This document shows positions 1-8,772 of a stretch of 44,678 nt of DNA, piece after piece; the first letter of the stretch is position 1; each line of letters starts with the position of its first letter. Made by a program: the position numbers and the translations under genes. The stretch comes from an uncultured bacterium (GTDB lineage Bacteria > Muiribacteriota > Ozemobacteria > Ozemobacterales > Ozemobacteraceae), in contig CAYYUI010000040.1 of NCBI GenBank assembly GCA_964474705.1, forward strand, positions 1 to 44,678. Reading direction: 5' to 3'. The notes under the pieces were generated by a model. The model was not told the DNA's origin. It ran no database searches and saw only the letters and a list, made by a program, of their open reading frames with translations.

Positions 1-189
1 ACTTCTATTCATGATGTTTTCCACGATTCGTCAAAATTTTAACCGGACAGTAGTGGTTGAGCACCTGTTATTGAAGACTGCATAAACATGGTTCTCTGTA
101 ACAAATCAAAGACAGGCCCAGAGAAAAAGACGGGTCGTAGAACCGATTCCATTTTGGTTCTACATGGCTCAAAATGAAGGGATAAATTC

Positions 190-588
190 ATGCAAGACAG
201 AATGGGTGAAAAAATAGGTTGGTCAGCGGGTTGGGCCGGTGGTTTTATCTGGGTTCTGGCTCTCTCTGTCGTTTTTCTTTTCCAGGGAAAGATAGAGGAG
301 GGGGTATCGGGTCTGTCTCTGGTCGGTATTTCAATTTTTGTTATTTTTTATTTTTCACCATGGCGCTTCGCCTCAACACCGTATTGGAAATTAATGCTCG
401 CTCCATATGGCGTCTTTTTCCTGTCGATAACCTGGGCTGTCTGGTCATATGGTGGTTTTAGCGCTGTTGGGTTTGATTGGTGGAATCTTCTGTGGCTCCT
501 GCCTGCATTGATACCATTTGGAAGTTTAAGCGAAAAGCGATGGTCGGATTCTATCGCCCAACCAGGAGCAGCAGGGATCAATATGTGA
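190..588 (+). CDS. small integral membrane protein (about 4 TM helices), function unknown
   Basis: Provided ORF is strongly hydrophobic with TM-like segments; GAAGGGA sits upstream of the ATG. Confidence 0.5.
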   Translation: MQDRMGEKIGWSAGWAGGFIWVLALSVVFLFQGKIEEGVSGLSLVGISIFVIFYFSPWRFASTPYWKLMLAPYGVFFLSITWAVWSYGGFSAVGFDWWNLLWLLPALIPFGSLSEKRWSDSIAQPGAAGINM

Positions 589-655
589 ATGGTTTCATCC
601 GGGTGCAGTGAATCTGCTTTGCAGGCACTGTATCCGGCGACTCAGGGAGGCAATT

Positions 656-1408
656 ATGCGGGTCAGATATATTTGCGGGCTGATGTTGCTGCTGGTATTT
701 TTTATTCGCGGGTCGTCGTCGGGGCTTTCGATTGTGGCACCCGATGAGCCTTATTACGATGATATGGTCAGAGTTTCGATTGTTGGTGACGAACGCGGGC
801 CGCTGCAGACATGGTCTTCTTACCGATATCACCGTCACCTGCCTTCACCGCCCTTCAGTGTCGAAGCCAGGCAGGGCGAAAGATACAGCATCAGGGTCAC
901 GAATGTCGCCCGCGAAAGGGTTGCACTGGTCGTATCGGTTGATGGTCTGAACATTATCAGTGGCGAGCGTGCCTCTGGAAGTTCAAATGAAAGCATGTAT
1001 GTTCTCGATCCAGGGCAGACCGGCAATTTTTCGGGCTGGCGTTCAGGAATGAGTCGCGTGCAGCGTTTTTATTTTACCAGTGCCGGCGATTCATATGCCG
1101 GGCGTATGGGCCAGGCAGATCAGCTGGGTCTGATAAGGGTTTCGGCCTTCAGGGAGCAGCGGGTTGTCTATCGCCCTTATGATGATCTGGAAATGAAAGC
1201 GGCAGCACCGAGCCGGAGCATGCAGGAAAGCGGCCCTGGAACCGGTTATGGCGAAAACACCTGGTCACCGGTCAGTCTGACTGATTTTACCCCGCAGAGT
1301 AACCCCGCCCAGACAGTCGAAATCAGGTATGAGTGGTCGAGTCCCAGGTATTATAAATACAATGAACCTGACCATCATGATTTTGCCGAACCGCCCCCGG
1401 GGCGCTGA
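656..1408 (+). CDS. secreted hypothetical protein
   Basis: ATG at 656 is preceded by GGGAGG; N-terminus MRVRYICGLMLLLVFF is signal-peptide-like; rest of ORF has no recognisable domain; the upstream ORF part before 656 has no RBS. Confidence 0.5.
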   Translation: MRVRYICGLMLLLVFFIRGSSSGLSIVAPDEPYYDDMVRVSIVGDERGPLQTWSSYRYHRHLPSPPFSVEARQGERYSIRVTNVARERVALVVSVDGLNIISGERASGSSNESMYVLDPGQTGNFSGWRSGMSRVQRFYFTSAGDSYAGRMGQADQLGLIRVSAFREQRVVYRPYDDLEMKAAAPSRSMQESGPGTGYGENTWSPVSLTDFTPQSNPAQTVEIRYEWSSPRYYKYNEPDHHDFAEPPPGR

Positions 1409-1409
1409 T

Positions 1410-2216
1410 TCAGATGAAAATTTCGGGCTCGCGGCGTTTGGCGCAGTTGGTGGCCAGCATTTCCCTGAATTTCTCTACATGCTCGGATTTAATTACCCGG
1501 GCATGCCTTGGGCACTCCTTCAGGCAGGCACAGCAGATGATGCAGAGATCCTGATGGGTCTGGTAACCCTTTTTGAAATAGACAGCGCCGGCAGGGCATA
1601 CTTCCTGACAATGGCCGCACTGAATGCAGTTTTCATGTATGGTTTCTGCAAAAGACGGCGGAATGACTCTGCGTTCCGGCAACGGGAAAGCTCCGGGCAG
1701 TGCCAGTTCAGACCATGGATTCTTATTGCTCAGTGACTGAACTTTTTCATAGATACTGCGACCGAAGTCGCGGGCGGCCTGTTTGTCGTGAATATCGGGC
1801 CGGCCTTTGGCTACCGGAAAAGCTTTCGTCGAATATGAATGCTCGCCGATGAATGCTGCGGCGGCAATGGGGCGCAAACCGGCGGTCAGGGCGAATTCCC
1901 GCAGGTCGATCAGGGCGTCGTCGTAATGACGGTTGCCATATACAGCCACCAGCACAACCGGATTGCCTGAGAACCTGATTTCGGCAAAGCGTTTCAGGGC
2001 CGACAGGGCGATGCGGCCGGCGTAGACTGGGGCACCTATCACCACCAGATCTTCGGGTTCGACTTCAATCATCGAATTATGGAACTCAGGAAACGTCAGG
2101 TTGTTTTCCATTATTTTCTGCGGATCGATGCCAATACCGGCTGCGATTTCATTGACGATTTTCTGCGTGGTATGGGTCGGCGAATAATAGAACATACTGA
2201 CGCGTCTGAATTTCAT
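1410..2216 (-). CDS. flavodoxin-like domain fused to a 2x[4Fe-4S] ferredoxin domain
   Basis: N-terminus MKFRRVSMFYYSPTHTTQKI is flavodoxin-like; C-terminus has CIQCGHCQEVCP and CIICCACLKECP cluster motifs; AAGGAA RBS before the ATG at 2216; ORF-track N-terminal extension judged spurious. Confidence 0.7.
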   Translation of the reverse strand: MKFRRVSMFYYSPTHTTQKIVNEIAAGIGIDPQKIMENNLTFPEFHNSMIEVEPEDLVVIGAPVYAGRIALSALKRFAEIRFSGNPVVLVAVYGNRHYDDALIDLREFALTAGLRPIAAAAFIGEHSYSTKAFPVAKGRPDIHDKQAARDFGRSIYEKVQSLSNKNPWSELALPGAFPLPERRVIPPSFAETIHENCIQCGHCQEVCPAGAVYFKKGYQTHQDLCIICCACLKECPRHARVIKSEHVEKFREMLATNCAKRREPEIFI

Positions 2217-2280
2217 TGAATTGTTCCTTTGCTTACTTTGGTTGCAGAATACTATAGCAGGCTCCCCCCGGCCAGGCAAT

Positions 2281-2590
2281 CATTGTCTATTGACCAGGGC
2301 AAACGCTTACTTTATTCCCATGTAATGAGGCTTACAGGCATGGCAGGCGATTGCATAAGCGATGCTTATCGAGCACTCCATAATCCCCTGCAAGCGATGC
2401 CGCTAAGACCGGACGTTTTGCCTGGAGGGCAAAACGCGGGCGATTGTCGCAGGATGCGACTTAGAGCCCGTGTTCCGGTCGTGCGTGCAGAGCAAGCAGA
2501 TGGGATTATGAGAGTGCGAAAATCGCAGAGCGTTGCAACGACTGACATGCCGTAATACGCGGTCTAGAAAGAAAAAGGTTCCCGTTTGCC
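2281..2590 (+). repeat. copy A of a roughly 310 bp conserved intergenic element (candidate structured RNA or regulatory module)
   Basis: About 85% identical to the reverse complement of 25667-25980; contains the hairpins CGTTTTGCC-N5-GGCAAAACG and GTCGC-AGGAT-GCGAC. Confidence 0.6.
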
Positions 2591-2598
2591 CTGGTCTA

Positions 2599-2627
2599 TT
2601 GACATGGCAATCAGTAAGTTATATAAT
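2599..2627 (+). promoter_or_regulatory. sigma70-type promoter for the ABC exporter operon (TTGACA-17-TATAAT)
   Basis: Perfect consensus hexamers with a 17 nt spacer, located about 40 nt upstream of the leader ORF. Confidence 0.55.
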
Positions 2628-2665
2628 TCTGCCGTTATCGAAGCTAATTAACAGGAGGCCTTACC

Positions 2666-2719
2666 ATGATCAATGCATTTTTTTACCGACCGGCCTCCAT
2701 TGGCGCGAACTCTCTTTAA
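2666..2719 (+). CDS. 17-aa leader peptide uORF (MINAFFYRPASIGANSL)
   Basis: AGGAGG lies 7 nt before the ATG; it sits between the promoter and the terminator hairpin upstream of the ABC exporter. Confidence 0.4.
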   Translation: MINAFFYRPASIGANSL

Positions 2720-2736
2720 CCGATTTTGTCTGCAAG

Positions 2737-2774
2737 AGCGGGTTGCCTGATGGTGGCAGCCCGCTTTTCTTTTA
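2737..2774 (+). terminator. intrinsic terminator / attenuator in the ABC exporter leader
   Basis: 11 bp stem AGCGGGTTGCC / GGCAGCCCGCT with one G-U wobble, followed by UUUUCUUUU; the exporter start codon is 39 nt downstream. Confidence 0.55.
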
Positions 2775-2812
2775 CCCCTTTTTTTACCTGAGACAAAGAC
2801 AAACAAACACAG

Positions 2813-4633
2813 ATGCAAAAAAACAACAGCAAATCAGTTCTGAAAAGAATTCTTCCATATTTCAGGCCGCACCTCGGCAGTCTGGGTATTGCGATTTTCA
2901 CGATGATCGTCGTCACCGCCGTGCACCTGCTTCGGCCGATGATTCTGCGCACCATTATCGATACGGCTATTCCCGCCCGCGATATCAACATGGCACTTGG
3001 TTACGCGGGTTTCTTCGTCGGCTGTCTGGTTATCGGCGCTATTGCTATGTACGTGCGTGTCAAGATCATGGCCCGTATCGGCGCCGAAGTGGTAGCCGAA
3101 ATCAAGCGCCGCCTGTTTTCGCATATTCTTGGCCAGGGCATGCGCTTCTTCGATCAGAACCAGACCGGTAAGCTGATAACCCGAAGTGAATCAGATGCCA
3201 ACCAGTTGAAGTCAATGTTCACCCAGTCGACTGCTCAGCTGGTGGCCAGCATCATGCTGATCGTCGGAACCATTTTCGTGCTGATGCGCGAAGATGTCAG
3301 AATTGGCATCGTCGCAATGTTCTCGCTTGTGATCGTCGGTCTGGTCATGTTCTTTTACCTGACCTACATCCGCACTCTTTATACGAAGGTGCGCGAAAAA
3401 AACAGCGCTCTGACTGGCTATCTGGCCGAATATATTCAGGGTGTGCCGCTGATCAAGGTGCACGGGCGCGAAAACGACATAATGAACAACATGCGTGCTC
3501 ACAGTCAGGAAAAGGCACAACTCGAGTGCAAAGCCGCCTTTATTGAATACACGCTGTTTTCTTCGGCGTTCCGCTTCTGCACTGAAATTGGTGTGCTGAT
3601 GCTGCTGTTCGCCTATTGCAGCAGTCGGGTCTACGCCGGCACCATGAGCGTCGGAACCCTGGTGATGTTCATGGAACTGCTGCGGCAGTTCTTCAGACCG
3701 CTCGAGTTTCTCATCGAAGTGCTTGCCCAGTTGCAGTCGGCTCTGGCTGCCGGCGTGCGCGTCTTCGACATTCTCGATACCGAACCGGCCGTTAAAGATG
3801 CAGGCCAGCCGACGCCCGGGCTGCGCTTGCAGCATGAAATCGCCTTTAACGATGTTTCGTTTGCCTATGACAGCGAAGTCGTTCTGAAAAATGCTGTCTT
3901 CAGCATTCCCCGGGGCCAGCAGCTGGCGATCGTCGGAGCGTCAGGTTCAGGCAAGACAACCTGCGTCAACCTGCTGCTGCGTTTCTATGACCCTACTTCC
4001 GGCAGTATCAGCGTCGATGGCCGCGATATTCGCAGCATCAGCCTCGAAGACTGGCGCCGCAATATTGCCCTGGTTCTTCAGGAAATCTACCTGTTTCCGG
4101 GCACGATCATGGAAAACCTCAAGGCTTTTCATACCGATGTCGCTGATGAAGTCGTCATTAAAGCGGCTAAAGAGCTGGGAGCGCATGATTTTATCATGCG
4201 GCAGAGCAATGGCTATGAAACGATGCTGGCCGAGCGGGGTGCCAACCTGTCTTATGGCGAGCGACAGCTGCTTTCGTATACCAGAGCGATGGTCAAGAAC
4301 CCTGATCTTCTCATTCTCGACGAGGCTACTTCATCAGTCGACGTCATTACCGAGCGCGAACTGCAGGCCAGTATGGAAAAGCTCATGCAGGGCCGCACTT
4401 CGATCGTCATCGCCCATCGTCTTGCCACGATCAGAAAGGCCGATCGCATTCTGGTCTTTGAAAAGGGCAGTCTGATTCAGAGCGGTGACCATCTGACCCT
4501 GATGAATCGGGAAGGGATCTATCGCGAACTCGTCAATATCCAGACCGCCGGCCGTGGCGCCCCGGCCGTGATCTGTGAAGGCGGTGCCGGCGAAGAAGCC
4601 GTGGCGGCCGCACCGGCAGGAGCTGTAGCATGA
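2813..4633 (+). CDS. ABC transporter permease/ATP-binding protein (type I exporter half-transporter)
   Basis: Six-TM N-terminal domain; Walker A GASGSGKT; signature LSYGERQ; Walker B LILDEATS; H-loop present. Confidence 0.9.
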   Translation: MQKNNSKSVLKRILPYFRPHLGSLGIAIFTMIVVTAVHLLRPMILRTIIDTAIPARDINMALGYAGFFVGCLVIGAIAMYVRVKIMARIGAEVVAEIKRRLFSHILGQGMRFFDQNQTGKLITRSESDANQLKSMFTQSTAQLVASIMLIVGTIFVLMREDVRIGIVAMFSLVIVGLVMFFYLTYIRTLYTKVREKNSALTGYLAEYIQGVPLIKVHGRENDIMNNMRAHSQEKAQLECKAAFIEYTLFSSAFRFCTEIGVLMLLFAYCSSRVYAGTMSVGTLVMFMELLRQFFRPLEFLIEVLAQLQSALAAGVRVFDILDTEPAVKDAGQPTPGLRLQHEIAFNDVSFAYDSEVVLKNAVFSIPRGQQLAIVGASGSGKTTCVNLLLRFYDPTSGSISVDGRDIRSISLEDWRRNIALVLQEIYLFPGTIMENLKAFHTDVADEVVIKAAKELGAHDFIMRQSNGYETMLAERGANLSYGERQLLSYTRAMVKNPDLLILDEATSSVDVITERELQASMEKLMQGRTSIVIAHRLATIRKADRILVFEKGSLIQSGDHLTLMNREGIYRELVNIQTAGRGAPAVICEGGAGEEAVAAAPAGAVA

Positions 4634-6483
4634 AACACGAAAAACGCAAAGACCTCAGACACACCCGTGCCTACTACATAAAATGGATCTGGAACGAATA
4701 CCGCCCGCACTGGCGGATGGTAATGTTTCTGCTCTTTCTGACCTTTCTGTCGACGATCATCGCGGTGCTGTTTCCGATGGTGCTCAAGCATATCATCGAC
4801 AGTCTCGTCACGGGTCTTAAAAGCTTTCAGGCCGGAACCACCAGCGTCGAAGCGGCCCAGGGAGAACGTAACCGCATGCTGCTTATGCTGCTGGCCATGG
4901 GTCTGGGTCCGGTGTTTTCTGGCATTTACCCCTATTTCAGGGCCCGCATGAACGTGACTTTCGAAATGTACTTTCGCGAAAGATTCTTTGCCGAAATACT
5001 CTCAAAGGGGCACCGGTTCTTTCTTAAATTCAGAACCGGCGATCTGGTTACCCGTCTGACCGAAGACATCAGAACCAACCCGCCCGGGCTGTCGTGGCTG
5101 TGCTGTTCAGGCATCTTCAGGGCCGTCAACTCGGCGAGCATCATCTTTTTCTGCGTGATTTCGATGGCTCTGCTGCACTGGAAACTGGCGCTCGTCGCCT
5201 GTATTCCGCTGCCGATCATGCTGTTCATCTTTATCAAGCTCGAAACAAGTTTCGGCGAAACCTTCAAAGAAGCCCAGGAGGGTATGTCCGAGGGTAATGA
5301 TTTTCTCGAAGCCGCTTATTCGGGTGTCAAGATCATCGCCTCGTTCAATGCCCGTCAGCCGCAGCAGCGTCTGTTCGACAAGCTGCTCGAAAAGCGTATC
5401 GGTCAGGAAATCAGAGTCGACAGCCTCTGGGGCCTCTTCATGGTCTTCTTCGAATTTCTCAACTACGTCGGTGAGATCATGGTGCTGATTTTCGGTGGAA
5501 TAATGGTCATCAGAGGCTCGTTGACGCTCGGAACCTACTATGCCTTCTTCAGCTATCTCGGCATGATCATCTACCCGCTGATGGACATTCCGATGATGCT
5601 GGTAACCCTTACGCAGGCCTGCGTGTCGATCGACCGTCTCGAAGACATGCAGCAGGCCGACCGGGCCTGGCAGGAACTCGATGTCGACGGCAGCACTGAA
5701 ATAGCAACCATCGAAAGCCTGAGCTTTGAAAACGTCAGTTTCAGGCACAGCACTCTCGAAAAACTTGAAAAGCCGGAAGCCACGGCCACTGGTGGCGAGG
5801 AGAAAGTCGAACAGGAACCATTTGCATTCGACAATCTCAACTTCACCATCCGCAAAGGTGAAAAAGTTGCGATTGTCGGTCAGATCGGTTCGGGCAAGAC
5901 TACATTGCTGAACCTGATTTCCGGGGTTATGAAGCCAGACGGAGGCACTGTGACTATCAACGGTCTGCCGTTGCCGGAAATCAGAAAGCAGTCGTTCCGT
6001 GACAAGATCGGCTACATTCAGCAGGAACCGGTTATCTTTTCCGAGTCGATCCGCACCAACATCGACTTCTGGCGCAATCAGAGTGACGAGCTGATTCAGT
6101 CATGCGCACGCCTGGCCCAGTTTGACCGCGAAGTTCTGTCTTTTCCCGGCGGTTACACCGAGCCGGTCGGCCAGCGCGGTGTCACGCTCTCAGGCGGTCA
6201 GCGTCAGCGCCTGTCGATTGCGCGCGCCCTGGTCGGTCGCCCGCAGCTGCTGCTCATGGACGACATCACCGCCAGTCTCGATGCGGCAAACGAGAAGAAA
6301 CTCTGGGCCGACCTCGACCGGGAATGCGGTTCCATAACCTGCCTGATCGTCACGCACCGCATGGCGACCGCAATGATGGCCGACCGCATCATCGTCCTGA
6401 AAGATGGCCGCATCGAAGCGACCGGCACCCATGATGAGCTGATGCAGAGCTGCGAGACCTACCGCCATCTGTCCCACGCATAA
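4630..6483 (+). CDS. ABC transporter permease/ATP-binding protein (second half-transporter, heterodimer partner)
   Basis: ATGA start/stop overlap with the upstream gene; TM domain; Walker A GQIGSGKT; signature LSGGQRQ; Walker B LLMDD. Confidence 0.9.
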   Translation: MKHEKRKDLRHTRAYYIKWIWNEYRPHWRMVMFLLFLTFLSTIIAVLFPMVLKHIIDSLVTGLKSFQAGTTSVEAAQGERNRMLLMLLAMGLGPVFSGIYPYFRARMNVTFEMYFRERFFAEILSKGHRFFLKFRTGDLVTRLTEDIRTNPPGLSWLCCSGIFRAVNSASIIFFCVISMALLHWKLALVACIPLPIMLFIFIKLETSFGETFKEAQEGMSEGNDFLEAAYSGVKIIASFNARQPQQRLFDKLLEKRIGQEIRVDSLWGLFMVFFEFLNYVGEIMVLIFGGIMVIRGSLTLGTYYAFFSYLGMIIYPLMDIPMMLVTLTQACVSIDRLEDMQQADRAWQELDVDGSTEIATIESLSFENVSFRHSTLEKLEKPEATATGGEEKVEQEPFAFDNLNFTIRKGEKVAIVGQIGSGKTTLLNLISGVMKPDGGTVTINGLPLPEIRKQSFRDKIGYIQQEPVIFSESIRTNIDFWRNQSDELIQSCARLAQFDREVLSFPGGYTEPVGQRGVTLSGGQRQRLSIARALVGRPQLLLMDDITASLDAANEKKLWADLDRECGSITCLIVTHRMATAMMADRIIVLKDGRIEATGTHDELMQSCETYRHLSHA

Positions 6484-6507
6484 ACACGGGAACAGGAGAA
6501 ATATTTC

Positions 6508-6570
6508 TCACGGATTAACACGTATTAACACGGATAAACATGGATAAACTTCGATAAATATCGACGAACA
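6508..6570. repeat. six tandem degenerate 10 bp repeats (consensus AYGGATAAAC)
   Basis: ACGGATTAAC ACGTATTAAC ACGGATAAAC ATGGATAAAC TTCGATAAAT ATCGACGAAC, directly after the exporter stop codon. Confidence 0.4.
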
Positions 6571-6584
6571 TCATCAGACAAAGG

Positions 6585-6626
6585 TTGCCGCCAGGTTGAA
6601 TACCATATCTGGCGGCAAATTTTATT
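6585..6626 (+). terminator. intrinsic terminator after the ABC exporter operon
   Basis: Stem TTGCCGCCAG / CTGGCGGCAA with a 14 nt loop, followed by ATTTTATT. Confidence 0.55.
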
Positions 6627-6706
6627 AAGAAATCAGTATTATCAGAGCCAGTTTCTTTGTCGCAGCCCAGCTTGCTGGCAACGCCGTGGCTGATACGGCA
6701 GAATTG

Positions 6707-8626
6707 TCAGGTGCCGGCAAGGATTTTTCGGAAGAAGACCGCCTCTTTTTCGAGTGAATCGACGAGATTGCCTTTCTGTCTGAAACCGTGGCCTTCGTCG
6801 GGGTATTCGTAGTATTCGTGCATGATATGCTTGCTGGCGAGAATTTCTGCCATTTCCCGGGAATTTTCAGGTGGAACGACTTTGTCTTCGGAACCCTGAA
6901 AGATGATCATCGGGCTTTTCAGATTTGCGAGATGATTGATCGGTGATCTGTCTTCGAAGACATGGCGATGTGTGATCATCTGGCCCCCGAGCAGTCCTTC
7001 GAGATAACGCGATTCAAATTTGTGGGTGAGATTCTGCAGAGTTATCAGATTGCCGATGCCGAAATAGCTGGCTCCGGCGGCAAACATCTCCGGAAACATG
7101 GTCAGAAGTCGCTGTACTGTGTAACCGCCGGCGCTGCCGCCTGAAACAACAACCTGATCGCCGATCATTCGTTTCTGGCGCAGGTAGTTCAGCCCGTCTC
7201 TGACATCGCTGATTTCAAGAACTCCCCATTCCCCAAGCAGAGCATCGCGATAGGCTCTGCCAAAACCGGTTGAACCGCGATAGTTTACATCAAAAATTGC
7301 ATAGCCCTGGCTGGTCCAGAAGACGTGCTCACGACTGAAGCCCGGTCGTGCCATGCTGGTGGGCCCGCCATGCACGAGAACCCTTGCCGGCGGGAGTTCC
7401 CCATCGGGAGCCTGGTAGAAACTGTTTTGCGGCGGGTAAAAATAGCCGTGACATAACCTGCCATCACTGACCGGAAAGCTGATTTTTTCGGGTTTGCTGA
7501 TGCTGTCGGCGGGAATATCACATTCTGATGAATTGCGCAGAATCTCGATGCTGCCGTCCTGCTTTATCAGAGCCAGTTGTGAGGGTTTATCAGAAGATGT
7601 TCCAGTCAGGGCAAGATTTTCACCGCAGGCGACTGGCTTAGATACTGATAAAAATGGGGTCGGCAGTTCGGTTAAACTGCCATTTCCGGCGTTAACCCAG
7701 GCCAGGCCGGGTATGCCTTCTCTGAATGTCAGGGCGAGAATTCGATCTTTCATGTGCAGAATCCAGGCAATCTCGTGCATGGATTCTGTAGTGCGGCTTA
7801 TGGAGCCATCATGCCAGGTATATATGTTGAAAAAATTGTCGACCGAATCTTCACTTGCTCCCTTTCGATCGATGCTGAAGCGTATTTTGCCCTCTCTGCT
7901 GAAAGAAAAGTCGTTTACAGCTTCGCTTTCGGAACCGGCAACCCTGCAGATGGCATTCTGGATGATCTGGCCGTCAGCAAAGGGAGCGCAGCAGAGAATC
8001 GTTGAATCCCAGGGCATATGTGGGTGATTCCATTGCAGCCATGCCAGACTTCTGCCATCTGGCGAAAAAATCGGTTGTTTGTAGAAATCTGCTTCTCTTA
8101 CCAGAATTACGGGCTCCTGAATGTCATTTTGGCGCAGGTCAAGAAGGCAGATGGCATTTTCCGGTTCTTTGTCCCCGCCCTCGAGCTCGCAGGCGGCAAC
8201 CAGCCAGCGGCCATCAGGAGACACGGTCGGCTGCATAAATTTTATCATTCGGCCGTCTGCTGCCTTTTCGGGAGTAATGGCTGTCGGTGTTTCGTTTCTG
8301 GCAGAATCAAATGAATAAAGACGCTGGTCTGCAAAATTGGCGAAGATGACCCGGGTTCCGGTTGCAACGTATGGCATGCCGCCGTATTCCATGACTCGGC
8401 TTCTGGCTGAAAAGGGTGCGGGCAGCAGTTCTTTGATTGCGCCGTCAGGATTGCGCATCATGATGACGCAACGCCCTTTTTCTTCGGGCCGAAGTTCAAC
8501 CCAGAACAGTCTGCCGGTTTCGTCACCGTGCAGAAACGAAAAGTTTACGGTTGCCTGAAAGACTTCTTCTGCGCTTATGACTGGTTTCCAGGTCAGATAT
8601 GAAGCTGTGACCGGTGAGTGCTGCAT
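6707..8626 (-). CDS. S9 family serine peptidase (prolyl oligopeptidase / acylaminoacyl-peptidase type) with N-terminal beta-propeller
   Basis: GGSAGG nucleophile-elbow motif; C-terminal alpha/beta-hydrolase region; AGGAGAA RBS. Confidence 0.85.
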   Translation of the reverse strand: MQHSPVTASYLTWKPVISAEEVFQATVNFSFLHGDETGRLFWVELRPEEKGRCVIMMRNPDGAIKELLPAPFSARSRVMEYGGMPYVATGTRVIFANFADQRLYSFDSARNETPTAITPEKAADGRMIKFMQPTVSPDGRWLVAACELEGGDKEPENAICLLDLRQNDIQEPVILVREADFYKQPIFSPDGRSLAWLQWNHPHMPWDSTILCCAPFADGQIIQNAICRVAGSESEAVNDFSFSREGKIRFSIDRKGASEDSVDNFFNIYTWHDGSISRTTESMHEIAWILHMKDRILALTFREGIPGLAWVNAGNGSLTELPTPFLSVSKPVACGENLALTGTSSDKPSQLALIKQDGSIEILRNSSECDIPADSISKPEKISFPVSDGRLCHGYFYPPQNSFYQAPDGELPPARVLVHGGPTSMARPGFSREHVFWTSQGYAIFDVNYRGSTGFGRAYRDALLGEWGVLEISDVRDGLNYLRQKRMIGDQVVVSGGSAGGYTVQRLLTMFPEMFAAGASYFGIGNLITLQNLTHKFESRYLEGLLGGQMITHRHVFEDRSPINHLANLKSPMIIFQGSEDKVVPPENSREMAEILASKHIMHEYYEYPDEGHGFRQKGNLVDSLEKEAVFFRKILAGT

Positions 8627-8772
8627 TTTGTTCTCCTATTTGCTTTATCGGCCAGCGAATGAGTTTCTTCGTGGGGGTTATGATAACAGCGCTGGTCTCT
8701 GCTTTTTTCCAGGCCTTTTACGCGGGTGACAAAATCGGTATCTGAGCCTCAGAATGCGATACCGTCTGGCTG

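Noticed and set aside
1410-2279. N-terminal extensions from the ORF track (e.g. MPGRGEPAIVFCNQ... before MKFRR; MRVRNTPAG... before MHITNIRTG at 22918; MPLTRHK... before MIRKITLL at 26578; MPDESLSHNK... before MPLSWNEI at 15375)
   Set aside because: The extensions lack an RBS, overlap neighbouring genes or intergenic signals, and homology begins at the internal Met that has an SD sequence. The shorter starts were used.
2229-2555. 108-aa ORF spanning conserved element copy A, as a protein-coding gene
   Set aside because: A 5 nt indel relative to copy B destroys the frame in its 5' half and there is no RBS; only the 32-codon block from 2398 is conserved, and that is treated as a hypothesis in the findings, not annotated as CDS.
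2281-2590. Conserved element as a cobalamin, T-box, c-di-AMP (ydaO) or 6S RNA
   Set aside because: None of the diagnostic boxes (B12 box, T-box AGGGUGGNACCGCG, 6S closed-stem / central-bubble architecture) could be found by eye, so no family assignment was made.
3212-3835. 207-aa minus-strand ORF inside the ABC exporter gene
   Set aside because: Antisense to a gene with unambiguous ABC motifs; composition (His/Gln/Asp-rich) is typical of GC-skewed shadow frames. The same applies to 5107-5748, 19911-20516, 22247-22747, 23518-24057, 26100-26615, 26881-27351 and 35213-35797.
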